IMG/VR virus record: IMGVR_UViG_3300050131_000113
Location: 1-58,171 of that record
DNA length: 58,171 bases
Strand: one strand, 5' to 3'
Source: a virus
Taxonomy: Duplodnaviria; Caudoviricetes
Shown: positions 1 through 8,935 of the stretch, piece by piece
Position numbering within the stretch: position 1 is the first letter of the stretch
How the letters are laid out: the number at the start of each line of letters is the position of its first letter
Program-made: the position numbers and the translations under genes
Notes under the pieces: model-generated
Seen by the model: only the letters and a program-made list of their open reading frames with translations
Told to the model about the DNA's origin: nothing
The model's database searches: none

Positions 1-55
1 ATTTTTCTAACACCCGGGGGGTGCCTTTTGCGGTAACAAACCGGCGACCGGGAGG

Positions 56-328
56 CTAATCGAAGACGTTGAGCGAGCCGGAGCAGTGATCCAGCGCGAG
101 GCCTAGCGCCTGCAGCGCGTCGGCAAGCGTGGTGATAACCGGCGAAGGTGCGCTCAGCTTGGATTCTGGCGTCGGCTCGTAATATCCAAGCGCGCGGGCG
201 TGCCGAATGATGCGGTCAGTCGTGCGCTCGATGCCCTCAATCATTGTCTTGACCAGTTCGACATCGTGTTCGATGCGTGATGCGCTGCGGTCGGTGGCAG
301 CGTTTGCCTGACCAATTCCCATTCCCAT
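56..328 (-). CDS. hypothetical phage protein
   Basis: ORF with ATG at 328 preceded by GAAGGA. Confidence 0.55.
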   Translation of the reverse strand: MGMGIGQANAATDRSASRIEHDVELVKTMIEGIERTTDRIIRHARALGYYEPTPESKLSAPSPVITTLADALQALGLALDHCSGSLNVFD

Positions 329-375
329 ATCGAATTTCCTTCTCGTTAAAATACCGGCGGCCGGCCGGTGCGGGC

Positions 376-606
376 TCATCGCGGCACGATCTTGTAGCCG
401 GCCATCCGCAACCCATCGATCACGGCCCGCACCGGCTCGCTCGTGACCGACAGCGGCGGTTCGTTCTTGTGCGTCCGCCACCATTTGTAGGGGATGAAGT
501 TGAGCGAGTGCATCACGGCCTCTTCCGGATCGAGCAGCGGTCCGGCGCGGGGCTTGCGGGATGAAAGCGGCATGCGGTCGATCGAGGTGGGGAGGTGGTC
601 GGTCAT
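376..606 (-). CDS. hypothetical protein
   Basis: ATGA overlap with the upstream gene. Confidence 0.55.
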   Translation of the reverse strand: MTDHLPTSIDRMPLSSRKPRAGPLLDPEEAVMHSLNFIPYKWWRTHKNEPPLSVTSEPVRAVIDGLRMAGYKIVPR

Positions 607-1508
607 CGCGCGACCTCCGGCATTTCGTTGTATTCGACGCCGTCGAGAAGGCGGCCGGCGGATTTCTTGCCCATGTTGAATGTGAAGACGGTGCGCGGTG
701 GATCGGCGACGTCCGTGTCGATCACATAGCGACCGTCCCTATCGACTACGGCATGCTTGCTTGCACCACGAATGATTCCGCCATTCGGGAATTGGTCGAT
801 CGGCTTCCAGTTTCCCCATTGCTTCATGAAAAACGAAACGCCAGCCGTGGCACACTGATCGCGCAGGGAGCGATACCAGTCGGGATGGGACGGCCGCGCA
901 TTGAGCCCGGATTCGCCGCCGGCTATCACCCAGTCGATTTCAGGCGGGGGCGCCATGAACTGCTTTCGCCAGACCTTTTTGCCGCCAGCCCGCCACAGAT
1001 GGAGTGGCCCCGATCCCTTGTAATGGGTGCCGCAGCACGTGAGATCGATCGGCCCCAGTAGCGGCTCGGCCGAGATGAACCGGACTGCCGCCGGCGTCTG
1101 CAACAGCAGTGGGATCCGTTCGTCGGCCTCCTGCTGGCGTTCGGCAGAGACGCCGAGCCAGACGTTCGGAAGAATCATGATCCGGTCTTCTTGGCTTTCT
1201 ACCTTCAAGAGATAATCGCGCATTCGTTTGCCGCGCTTAGTCAGCACTTGGAAGGTATGCTGCGGCGTCCGTTCCATGATGGTAAAAATCTCATCGATCC
1301 ACTCGTCGGGGACGAAGTCCGCAAACAAGTCCGTCATGCTGCAAACGAAGATCATCCGCGGCTTTTTCCAGCGCAGCGGCAGGGTCAGCATTTCTTCGTC
1401 GATGAAGATTTCGACGTAGTGCCATCCGACCTTGCCAGTTTTCTTGTTGCGGGCGCGGATCGGTGTCCAACTGGCGTCGGTCCACTCGATTTTGGATTTA
1501 TCCGCCAT
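603..1508 (-). CDS. DUF5131 (gp37/gp68-like) protein, apparently lacking the N-terminal Cys motif
   Basis: MADKSKIEWTD, IFVCSMTDLF, LTKR, RFISAEPLLG, WVIAGGESG, FFMKQWG, GRLLDG motifs. Confidence 0.85.
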   Translation of the reverse strand: MADKSKIEWTDASWTPIRARNKKTGKVGWHYVEIFIDEEMLTLPLRWKKPRMIFVCSMTDLFADFVPDEWIDEIFTIMERTPQHTFQVLTKRGKRMRDYLLKVESQEDRIMILPNVWLGVSAERQQEADERIPLLLQTPAAVRFISAEPLLGPIDLTCCGTHYKGSGPLHLWRAGGKKVWRKQFMAPPPEIDWVIAGGESGLNARPSHPDWYRSLRDQCATAGVSFFMKQWGNWKPIDQFPNGGIIRGASKHAVVDRDGRYVIDTDVADPPRTVFTFNMGKKSAGRLLDGVEYNEMPEVAR

Positions 1509-1621
1509 GCTCGCCTCCGCAAAGAGTGGCGTCCGCGCCATCGGGCCGTTCACCTGGCAACAGCGCGGACGCAATCGGCGCGGGAAGCCCTCCGGCGCCG
1601 GGTTGGGTTTCGGGCAGGGAA

Positions 1622-1760
1622 GCAGGATGGTTCAATCGAGCGGCGGGGTCGCGGGGGGTGAGTGCGATCACCGTTTCAGAATCACTTGCTGCCGCGCGCT
1701 CACTGACAGGGTGATCGCACACTGTTGCAGCGGCAGCATTGGTTGATTGAAACAAATCTT
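1622..1760. repeat. dispersed element, inward-facing pair of arms
   Basis: TTCAATC-N24-GTGCGATCACC on both strands; colinear with 18520-18659. Confidence 0.75.
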
Positions 1761-1772
1761 TCTTCCTTCCGA

Positions 1773-1943
1773 TCATCCAAACCGCCTCCGCAAAATCCTC
1801 TCCACCGGAGACCTTCCCCGCAGCCACAACCCCAATTCAAGCGCCACCACGCCCACCACGCAGGCCGCCAGCGCCAGCAGCAACAGAAACAGCCACGGCA
1901 TCGACTGCTCGACCAGGAACTCGATTTCGTCCGCTTCGGTCAT
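1773..1943 (-). CDS. small membrane protein (56 aa)
   Basis: MTEADEIEF...WLFLLLLALAACVVGVVAL; ATGA overlap. Confidence 0.55.
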   Translation of the reverse strand: MTEADEIEFLVEQSMPWLFLLLLALAACVVGVVALELGLWLRGRSPVERILRRRFG

Positions 1944-2332
1944 GGCGCGGTACTCCCGTTTTGCTGTTGCAACTTCTGGTCGAGCGCGCTCCTGCCGATC
2001 GGCGGCTCGCCTAGCAGCTCGGCGAACGGCCTGGCGTAACGGACCGAAGGAGCCGCGGTCTGCATGCCGTAGCGTTCCTCTATCTTTGTGGAGACCTTGC
2101 CGTTCGGCTTGCGATCACGCGGCGGGCGCTTTTTCGGCATGATCCCGAGGATGATCCGGCGCAGATAAAGCCAGCGCTGCCGGCAGGCCAAAGGCGTACG
2201 ACCCAAGAAGGATTCGCAGATTGCCTCCCAGCCAGCGGAACGGGAGGCATGCGACGGCAGGTTGATGCAAAGTTCGGTCAACCGGGCGTCGTCCTCGGCG
2301 TTCCAGAGTTTCCATTTGCCGGTGATGCCCAT
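1940..2332 (-). CDS. Myb/GcrA-like HTH protein
   Basis: WNAEDDARL...GRTPLACRQRW and C-terminal GEPPIGRSAL. Confidence 0.55.
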   Translation of the reverse strand: MGITGKWKLWNAEDDARLTELCINLPSHASRSAGWEAICESFLGRTPLACRQRWLYLRRIILGIMPKKRPPRDRKPNGKVSTKIEERYGMQTAAPSVRYARPFAELLGEPPIGRSALDQKLQQQNGSTAP

Positions 2333-2844
2333 TAGAACGCCCTCCGCTTGCGGTTGCGGTCGAACTTCTCGCCTTCGGCGATGATCAGGGCGCAGGCCTT
2401 GACGAGATCGCGGCGGAAGCCGCCGGGTTTCCACCATTCGCTGGACCATGGCCAAGTGTTTGGCACGGTCGGCCACGATAACGGACTGCCTGCATAATGA
2501 CCGTATGTGCCGCCAGCCTTCGCTAAATCGCCGACAGGATGCGCGTCATCGTGTGCATGGTCCCAGCCTTCGGATTCAATCTGCCGGAAGCGCTCGGCGA
2601 TGACGGCTTGCGAGAATGGCGAAAGCGGCCTGCGGATATGCAGCGCCTCGAACAGCCTTCGAAGCGTGAAGCTGCGCACAATCGAGATCACGGTCATGAT
2701 CAGCGCAAAGACGAGGTTCTGATGGAAGTCGATGTTCACGCCGAGCAGCGGCAGGAAATACATCTGCGCCAAAAGCGAAATGCCGAAGCCGACGGCGATG
2801 TTGATCAGGCTTTCCAGCCAGGACATGAGTTTGGATTGCTTCAT
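2332..2844 (-). CDS. membrane protein fused to a conserved phage domain
   Basis: Two TM helices followed by ERFRQIESEGWD..HDD and RRDLVKACALIIAE. Confidence 0.65.
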   Translation of the reverse strand: MKQSKLMSWLESLINIAVGFGISLLAQMYFLPLLGVNIDFHQNLVFALIMTVISIVRSFTLRRLFEALHIRRPLSPFSQAVIAERFRQIESEGWDHAHDDAHPVGDLAKAGGTYGHYAGSPLSWPTVPNTWPWSSEWWKPGGFRRDLVKACALIIAEGEKFDRNRKRRAF

Positions 2845-2860
2845 ACCGACAGCCCTCCGC

Positions 2861-2917
2861 CGCCGCCTGACTTCTCAGGAGCCGAAGCAGTCTCAGTGCC
2901 GCGCTGAATCAAATCTT
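2861..2917 (-). repeat. dispersed element arm (solo)
   Basis: AAGATTTGATTCAGCGCG-N23-GAGAAGTCAGGC on the minus strand. Confidence 0.75.
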
Positions 2918-2920
2918 CCC

Positions 2921-4060
2921 TCATGCCGCCTCACTCCCTTTTGTTACTGGATTGTCGTCGTCTGTGGTGTCGGGTTCGATGATCTCGCCGGTTTCGGAAT
3001 CGTGTGGCGGGAGTTTGAATTCGAGTTCGTTCCCCCACGTCATCCAGCCGGGCCGTTCGCGCCGCGCGTAAAGCTCGAGATAGGGGCCGGGCACCAGATG
3101 CTCGATCCGGTCGTGGATCTCATCGGGCTTGCGGGAATGATCCATCACGGGAGCGACCAGAAACTGCCGCACATCGGCGTAAAGCCGTTTGGGATGGCCG
3201 CGCGTGGCGAGCCAGCAATCTTCCGGATTAGCGCGGGTCCAGTAGCCTTGGCCCATGAACCAGCCCTCGCCCAGCCGGTTTTCCTTAGCCCAGGTGAACG
3301 CCGTAGTCTGGTGCTGGAATCCCCACGCTTCGATCAGCGCCAGCGCATCGCCGGGGCACCAATCGACCATCCACATGAACAGCACGCAATCCGGCGCGGC
3401 GAGCTGCTCGACCGGCAGCTCCATGATCTCTTCGATTCCTTCGGTCTTGTAATGGAGGTTCGCCGAACGGCCCTCGCCAGCGGCGGACCGGGTTTTGAAT
3501 TTCCACGGCGGGTCGGCCAGGATCGCGCCGGCCTTGTAGCCGGACGCGATCAGGGTTCGCAGATCGTCAACCGTGCCGCCCTGCAGCGCGCGGTCGGCAT
3601 GATCGGAGCGGCGCTTGGCGTCGGCGTGTTCCTTCAGAAGATTGACCGAGACGTGTTTGGCCGATTTTTCCTGCAATTCGCGCCAGCGCGCCACCAGACG
3701 GTCGAAGCTATTCGGCTCGATATTGGCTAGTTGCTCGCAACGACGCGACGAATGCTCGTCGATGTCCATATCGCTCAGCTTGATCTTGGAAACCGCCGCA
3801 TCCGATGCGGAGGTTTTTACCGGCCGGCCGCCCTCGTGAAGCTCGCCAGAGGCGCGCAAATCCTTCTTGATCTCGCCAATTCGCCGCTCAGCGCGGAAGC
3901 GGATTTCGGCCATGGAAATCTCGGCTTCGCGATTTTTGGCCTGCCGCCAGTATAGGCGCAGCGCATCAGCCTTGTTGCGGATGTCCTTGACCTCATCGAC
4001 CGCCTTCGCTTCAGCGATGGCGCGGCAGGCGGCGTCGTATTTGAGGATGGCGGTCGTCAT
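2921..4060 (-). CDS. MT-A70 family N6-adenine DNA methyltransferase
   Basis: ILADPPW, LFMW, WGF..TTAFTWAK, HSRKP, LELYAR, WGNE motifs; N-terminal helical extension. Confidence 0.9.
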   Translation of the reverse strand: MTTAILKYDAACRAIAEAKAVDEVKDIRNKADALRLYWRQAKNREAEISMAEIRFRAERRIGEIKKDLRASGELHEGGRPVKTSASDAAVSKIKLSDMDIDEHSSRRCEQLANIEPNSFDRLVARWRELQEKSAKHVSVNLLKEHADAKRRSDHADRALQGGTVDDLRTLIASGYKAGAILADPPWKFKTRSAAGEGRSANLHYKTEGIEEIMELPVEQLAAPDCVLFMWMVDWCPGDALALIEAWGFQHQTTAFTWAKENRLGEGWFMGQGYWTRANPEDCWLATRGHPKRLYADVRQFLVAPVMDHSRKPDEIHDRIEHLVPGPYLELYARRERPGWMTWGNELEFKLPPHDSETGEIIEPDTTDDDNPVTKGSEAA

Positions 4061-4287
4061 CGCATCCCCCAAACCCGCTTCAACGCCCGCCCGATCTCGC
4101 GTCTCCGTTTCCAGCAGATCCAGGCAAACCATGGCCAGACGACAATCATCGCCAGCGAAGCCCGGAATCCCCAGAACAGCGACGTCGAACCGCGGCGCGC
4201 GAAGCTCTTGGCCACCACCCCGGTCGGGATCAGCACGAAACACCAGAACGCCATGCCGATCGCTGTGTAGATCAGCGCGGCCAGCAT
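4057..4287 (-). CDS. small membrane protein
   Basis: Two hydrophobic segments; start uncertain. Confidence 0.5.
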   Translation of the reverse strand: MLAALIYTAIGMAFWCFVLIPTGVVAKSFARRGSTSLFWGFRASLAMIVVWPWFAWICWKRRREIGRALKRVWGMR

Positions 4288-4291
4288 CAGC

Positions 4292-4305
4292 GTTTCACGT
4301 GAAAC
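4292..4305. promoter_or_regulatory. parS: parS-type palindrome
   Basis: GTTTCACGTGAAAC, the core of the bacterial chromosomal parS consensus. Confidence 0.65.
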
Positions 4306-4428
4306 CATTGCAAACATGGGGTTTCCTACATTCAAAGAAATAGCGGTCCACGAAATGATCGCGGATGAAGGAAGGGGGTTTTGGATTTTTCGGGGTACGC
4401 TGTGACGCAACTAAACTGCAGAACAGGT

Positions 4429-4696
4429 TAGGTTTGATTCAGCGCGACACTTGCGGTCGCTTCTGGTTAGGAGAAGTCAGGCGGCAGGGTCGCGGGCATC
4501 AGCAATTCGAACTTTGCCGAGATCGAAATCCCAAACCATCTGCCCGCGCGAAAACGCGGGCAGTTGCCGGCGGTAGCTGAGCGCGCGCAACAGTTGCGCG
4601 ATGATGAACGGATCGCCTTTGGCTGGCGCAGTATCCCCCACCGATTCCTGACTTGATGGTGCCGACGCTTGCGCAGTGCCGATGTGAATCATATTC
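4429..4696. repeat. dispersed element, inward-facing pair of arms around ~160 bp
   Basis: Plus arm 4429-4487 TAGGTTTGATTCAGCGCG-N24-GAGAAGTCAG; minus arm 4647-4696 TGATTCA-N33-TCAG. Confidence 0.7.
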
Positions 4697-4698
4697 AT
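4477..4698 (-). CDS. hypothetical protein spanning the repeat pair
   Basis: ORF with AGGAG upstream. Confidence 0.4.
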   Translation of the reverse strand: MNMIHIGTAQASAPSSQESVGDTAPAKGDPFIIAQLLRALSYRRQLPAFSRGQMVWDFDLGKVRIADARDPAA

Positions 4699-4707
4699 GC
4701 CGCGCTC

Positions 4708-4959
4708 CTAATCGAGCATGGCGGCATAGACCGCGAGCGCCGCGCGTGCGTTCGGCTTTCGCTTGCCGTCGATGAGATATTGCGCGCCGCGTTCGGAGAG
4801 CCCTGAGCGCTGCGCCAGGTTGAGCGCGGGCTTCGTGGGCCAGAGCGCCATGACGACGCGCCCGAATTTGGAAGATTTATCCGCGCACAAATTCTTTGGA
4901 ACAATTGTTCGGATGTTCTCACTCGACGGCGCGAGCGCGCCGTGACGTGATTCGGCCAT
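4708..4959 (-). CDS. HTH regulator (CII-like position)
   Basis: LAQRSGLSERGAQYLIDGKRKP HTH; lies downstream of cro. Confidence 0.55.
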   Translation of the reverse strand: MAESRHGALAPSSENIRTIVPKNLCADKSSKFGRVVMALWPTKPALNLAQRSGLSERGAQYLIDGKRKPNARAALAVYAAMLD

Positions 4960-5137
4960 GACACACTCTCCGCAACGCAACACAACACAGTCGTTAACTT
5001 TCCCTGAATCGCTGCGCCGCACAGGCGCGGTAACTGCACAAAATAATTGCGGTGCGCTCGCGCAAAAGGTGTGCAATCTTGCAGACACACTTTTGCGGGG
5101 TCGAGTTCATGGGCAAGGTTGTTCGGTTTCCGGGGCG

Positions 5138-5368
5138 TCATGGGCGCGCTCCAGCTTCGCAGACTTCGGCCGGCCAGAGATCGGGGCGCAACTCACTGCG
5201 GGAAACGCCGGTCTCACGTTCGATAGGCAGCACGAATTCTGCCGGCACTCCCTTCTTGGAGCGCTCAAGCCAGTACCAGACCTGTGATTGCGTCGTGCCA
5301 ATGCGTTCCGCGAGGGGTTTTTGTCCCCCTGCTAATCCGCAGGCCCGCTTGAGTGCCTCGTTCGACAT
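5138..5368 (-). CDS. cro: Cro/YdaS-like repressor
   Basis: GGQKPLAERIGTTQSQVWYW...ELRPDLW; divergent from the cI-like gene. Confidence 0.85.
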   Translation of the reverse strand: MSNEALKRACGLAGGQKPLAERIGTTQSQVWYWLERSKKGVPAEFVLPIERETGVSRSELRPDLWPAEVCEAGARP

Positions 5369-5453
5369 GGAATCACCATACCCACTTTTAGGTAGAATTC
5401 AACCTAGAACTCTGTCGGAGACCGATAACCTAGAATTCGGTAGAATTCTTGGC
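5369..5453. promoter_or_regulatory. divergent cro/cI promoters and operators
   Basis: Operators TACCCACTTTTAGGTA (5379-5394) and AACCTAGAATTCGGTA (5427-5442); minus-strand TTGAAT-N16-TATGGT; plus-strand -10 TAGAAT at 5441-5446. Confidence 0.75.
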
Positions 5454-5798
5454 ATGGCGGACACCTCTCCCAAGGGCATTGGAAAACGCATCCGCGCGAG
5501 GCGCATCAAGCTCGGCTTGAGCCAGCCTAAGCTCGCGAAAATACTAGGTATTCCGCAGCAGACCATCGGTGGATGGGAAACCGGCAAAGCCGCCCGCCCC
5601 CGTTACCTTCCGGAAGCCGCAAAAGCGCTGTGCACAACTCAAGAATGGCTTCTCAGGGAAGAGGGCCCCGAGGAGATGGTTCCAGCCGTCTCAAAGCAGC
5701 AAATCGCGATGGCGGTCGAATCACTTCACCCTAAATTGGTGCCGGCAGCGCTAGAATTCCTCAGAAACCTCGCTGAATCCGATACCGAGGCGGCCTAA
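5454..5798 (+). CDS. cI: CI-like XRE-family repressor without an S24 peptidase domain
   Basis: IGKRIRARRIKLGLSQPKLAKILGIPQQTIGGWETGK HTH; 114 aa. Confidence 0.8.
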   Translation: MADTSPKGIGKRIRARRIKLGLSQPKLAKILGIPQQTIGGWETGKAARPRYLPEAAKALCTTQEWLLREEGPEEMVPAVSKQQIAMAVESLHPKLVPAALEFLRNLAESDTEAA

Positions 5799-5809
5799 TG
5801 GGGGAACCA

Positions 5810-6055
5810 ATGATCAGGATCGTCGCGGCCGCGATTGGAACGTTATGCCTTTCGGCGTGCACCAGACCACAGACCGCTTACGAACCCCCGCCTAAACCGA
5901 TTTCCGAGATGACATTCGCCGAAAGATGCGCAAAATTGCTTGAACTTTCAGGCAATTACTACCTGAGCTCGGGCCAGCAGGCCGCCGCCTTCGAGCGCGC
6001 CAGGAACGACGGTTGCATGGGCCAACCCCAACCACAGACCATCATCGTTCGATAA
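5810..6055 (+). CDS. predicted lipoprotein downstream of cI
   Basis: MIRIVAAAIGTLCLSAC lipobox. Confidence 0.65.
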   Translation: MIRIVAAAIGTLCLSACTRPQTAYEPPPKPISEMTFAERCAKLLELSGNYYLSSGQQAAAFERARNDGCMGQPQPQTIIVR

Positions 6056-6105
6056 TCTGCGTTCACGAACTTGTGAACAGCCGCGCGAAAGATTAGATTT
6101 CGTCC

Positions 6106-6147
6106 TACCCATTATTAGGTTGACTACTACCTAATTCTAGGTAAGGT
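6106..6147 (+). promoter_or_regulatory. early rightward promoter with two operators
   Basis: TTGACT-N16-TAAGGT; TACCTAATTCTAGGTA (6128-6143) and TACCCATTATTAGGTT (6106-6121). Confidence 0.75.
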
Positions 6148-6186
6148 CGCTCCATAGCAACCCACCCGCCATGGAGTCCAACCCCG

Positions 6187-6540
6187 ATGACCGCCACCAT
6201 CGAAACCACCACCCCCACCACCAACCCGCTCAAGCCCGCCCGCGCCCGCCTGATCTCTGAATTCTTGTCGCTGGTGCTGCCGTCCTATCCGAACTTCCCG
6301 GCCCCTTCCGACCATGAAGGTGTCGCGCAACACATCCGCGATGTCGCGAACATGTTCGACCGGTATCTGGCCGCGATCGGCTCGGAAGTCCGCGACAACG
6401 CGGTGACCGCGATCGATCGGCACATGTTTGCAGGATCGTTCCTTGGTACTGTCGACGGCAACGAGACGGGTGTTTGCGAAGAACAGGCCAGCGCCTTGAT
6501 CGAATATGCCGCCGAGCGCCGCGCATCGCGGAGGGCGTGA
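6187..6540 (+). CDS. hypothetical early protein
   Basis: First ORF after the promoter; GGAG upstream. Confidence 0.65.
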   Translation: MTATIETTTPTTNPLKPARARLISEFLSLVLPSYPNFPAPSDHEGVAQHIRDVANMFDRYLAAIGSEVRDNAVTAIDRHMFAGSFLGTVDGNETGVCEEQASALIEYAAERRASRRA

Positions 6541-6635
6541 TGACAACATTGCAGTTTTACATGATCGCGATCCCGCTAGGTCTTCTGGCTGGTGCCCCGC
6601 TCGCCGTCGCGTCGCTCTTTGTTTGGGGGATTTGA
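6540..6635 (+). CDS. 31-aa membrane peptide
   Basis: MTTLQFYMIAIPLGLLAGAPLAVASLFVWGI; fills the gap between genes. Confidence 0.45.
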   Translation: MTTLQFYMIAIPLGLLAGAPLAVASLFVWGI

Positions 6636-6636
6636 G

Positions 6637-6870
6637 ATGGCCATCCACCACATCAGCGGCATCAACATCCGCACCAATTACGACTACCCGCCGATTCCGG
6701 TTCGTCAGTTCGACTGGTCCGCGATCGACGATGACACCTATGACGGCGCCGATGATTCATCCTGCCCGATCGGGCATGGCGCGACCGAATTCGACGCGAT
6801 CGAGGATCTGCTGGAGCAGATCGACGACGAGAAGATTTCCGCCAACAGCCAATTCGGAATGGGAGCCTAA
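6637..6870 (+). CDS. conserved hypothetical phage protein
   Basis: YPPIPVRQFDWSAIDDDTYDG...GHGATE. Confidence 0.65.
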   Translation: MAIHHISGINIRTNYDYPPIPVRQFDWSAIDDDTYDGADDSSCPIGHGATEFDAIEDLLEQIDDEKISANSQFGMGA

Positions 6871-6873
6871 ACC

Positions 6874-7662
6874 ATGCTTGCCGTAGCAGAACAGTCAGCC
6901 GAAACCAGACCGCCGCGCCGCGCTGTAGCCAAGGTGTCGCAGTCGCTAAACCCAATGACCGTGGTTGATCGCGCGATTGATCGTGGTCTGACCGGCCAGG
7001 ATCTCAAGGAGATCATGGACCTGCAGGAGCGCTGGGAAGCCGGTCAGGCGCTCAAGGCCTTCGATATCGCGATGGCCAATGCGCAGGCCGAGATTCCGAC
7101 CATCATCAAAAACCGCCTTGTCAACTTCGACGGCAAGAACGGTAGCCGCTCGACCAACTACAAACACGAAGATTTGGCCGAGATCGTCGAAACCATCCGC
7201 CCGATCCTGCACAAGCATGGCCTTGGCCATCGCTTTCGGACCACGCAGAACATCGAAACCGGCCTGATCACGGTGACATGCGTCATTACCGGCCACGGTC
7301 ACCGCGAGGAAACCTCGCTTTCTTCGAAGCCGGACTCCAATTCGAGCGGTATGAACGATCTGCAGCGTATCGCGTCCGCCACGACCTATCTACAGCGCTA
7401 CACGCTCAAGCCCGCACTTGGTCTGGCCGTGGCTCATGATGATGATGGGCGAGGGGCCGGCGCCAAGGTGGTCGAGGCAACTGCCCTGCCCGGCACCATC
7501 AGCGCCGCCCAGGCGTCCGAAATCCGCAAGATGCTCGATGATCGCGGCATCAACGAAAAGGCGTTCCTGCAATTCGTGAAACTGCCCCGCGTCGAGGATA
7601 TCGGCGTCGAGCACTTCGACCGCGCAATCGCCAAGATCAAGAGTGTGGGGCCGAAATCATGA
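6874..7662 (+). CDS. erf: Erf-family ssDNA annealing protein
   Basis: SATTYLQRYTLKPALGLAVAHDDDG Erf motif. Confidence 0.9.
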   Translation: MLAVAEQSAETRPPRRAVAKVSQSLNPMTVVDRAIDRGLTGQDLKEIMDLQERWEAGQALKAFDIAMANAQAEIPTIIKNRLVNFDGKNGSRSTNYKHEDLAEIVETIRPILHKHGLGHRFRTTQNIETGLITVTCVITGHGHREETSLSSKPDSNSSGMNDLQRIASATTYLQRYTLKPALGLAVAHDDDGRGAGAKVVEATALPGTISAAQASEIRKMLDDRGINEKAFLQFVKLPRVEDIGVEHFDRAIAKIKSVGPKS

Positions 7663-8663
7663 TCGACCAGACAAACCACAACCACCTCGCCGCCCAATTT
7701 ACCGCCCGCATCGCGGAACAAGCCGCGACCGCCGCCACGGTCAACCATGGAGCCAAAGTCATGACCGGAATCGAAATCTTCAACTGCGAGCAAAACTCGC
7801 CCGCATGGCATCTGGCCCGCAAGGGCATTGCGACCGCATCGGCTTTTGGCGACGTACTTGCCAAGGGCGAGGGCAAGACGCGGCGGACATATCTGCTCAA
7901 GCTGGCCGGCGAGATCATTACCGGCCAGCCGATGGAATGTTTCGTCAGCAGGGACATGGAACGCGGCCACGCGATGGAAGCCGAGGCCCGTGACCTCTAC
8001 ACGCTCAAGACAGACGCTCAACTGGCCCAGGTCGGTTTCGTTCGCAACGGCCGCGTCGGCTGCTCGCCGGACTCCCTAATTGGGGACGACGGCGGCCTGG
8101 AGATCAAGACTAAGTTCCCGCACCTGTTGATCGACGTCATCCTGAAGGACGAATTTCCGGCCGAGCACAAGGCCCAGGTGCAGGGCGCACTTTGGGTGAC
8201 CGGGCGGCAATGGTGGGACGTTGCGATCTACTGGCCCGGCCTGCCGCTGTTCGTCAAACGCGCGCATCGGGACGAAGCTTATATTCAGCAGATGGCGACC
8301 GAGGTCGAGCGGTTCAATGCCGACCTTGACGGTGTGGTCTCCGAACTGCGCCGCCGCGAACTCGCGGAAGCGTTGCCGAACAGTTTTGCTTCGCTGGCGG
8401 CCGTCAGCGCCCCGATCGCCGAAACGATTGTGCCGGTGGCCGCCGTTGACGCTCTCGACGAACGCGAACTGCTCGCGGATATCCAGCGCGCCTTCGACCA
8501 ATGCGTCGATTGGACTTCCTTCGGCAAAAAACAGCAGGAACTGATGGCACCGAACAAAAAACGGGTTTCGCCTGCGACTTGGAAGAAAGCAGTCAAACTG
8601 GCAATGGCGTGCGTGATGCGCCTTGCCGAGGAACCCGGCGGCGTGGCCGTGGCGGCAGAGTAG
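7659..8663 (+). CDS. YqaJ/lambda-type exonuclease
   Basis: W..ARKG.ATAS, MERGHAME, GCSPD, LEIK, QVQG motifs. Confidence 0.9.
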   Translation: MIDQTNHNHLAAQFTARIAEQAATAATVNHGAKVMTGIEIFNCEQNSPAWHLARKGIATASAFGDVLAKGEGKTRRTYLLKLAGEIITGQPMECFVSRDMERGHAMEAEARDLYTLKTDAQLAQVGFVRNGRVGCSPDSLIGDDGGLEIKTKFPHLLIDVILKDEFPAEHKAQVQGALWVTGRQWWDVAIYWPGLPLFVKRAHRDEAYIQQMATEVERFNADLDGVVSELRRRELAEALPNSFASLAAVSAPIAETIVPVAAVDALDERELLADIQRAFDQCVDWTSFGKKQQELMAPNKKRVSPATWKKAVKLAMACVMRLAEEPGGVAVAAE

Positions 8664-8674
8664 CGCCGCTGGTA

Positions 8675-8720
8675 GGCGGCGGCGATAGGCTTTGGCTCCA
8701 GTCGCCGCCGCCGATTTCTT
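8675..8720 (+). terminator. GC hairpin, probable terminator
   Basis: GGCGGCGGCGA...TCGCCGCCGCC followed by GATTTCTT. Confidence 0.5.
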
Positions 8721-8743
8721 AACCCTCAACCCGAGATAATCCC

Positions 8744-8935
8744 ATGCCCGTTCTTGAAACCATCGACCGTATTTTGGTCATATCGGAAGCCCCGCCGCCG
8801 ATGCTGATCTGCACCGACGCGGATCCGTTCGAAATCGACGATCCCTGCCCGTTCAACGCCAGCGGCCCGCATCGCTTTCTCGCCATCTGCGGCGATGTCG
8901 TCTGCGTGCATTGTGCCAAGGTGATCTGGTCATGA
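8744..8935 (+). CDS. small Zn-binding protein
   Basis: C-P...H...CxxC; coupled to the next gene. Confidence 0.5.
   Translation: MPVLETIDRILVISEAPPPMLICTDADPFEIDDPCPFNASGPHRFLAICGDVVCVHCAKVIWS

Noticed and set aside
1498-1827. 109-aa ORF
   Set aside because: Overlaps a better membrane ORF and mostly reads through the repeat pair; may be spurious
6060-6078. GTTCAC-N6-GTGAAC as an alphaproteobacterial LexA box
   Set aside because: Does not fit the GTTC-N7-GTTC direct repeat
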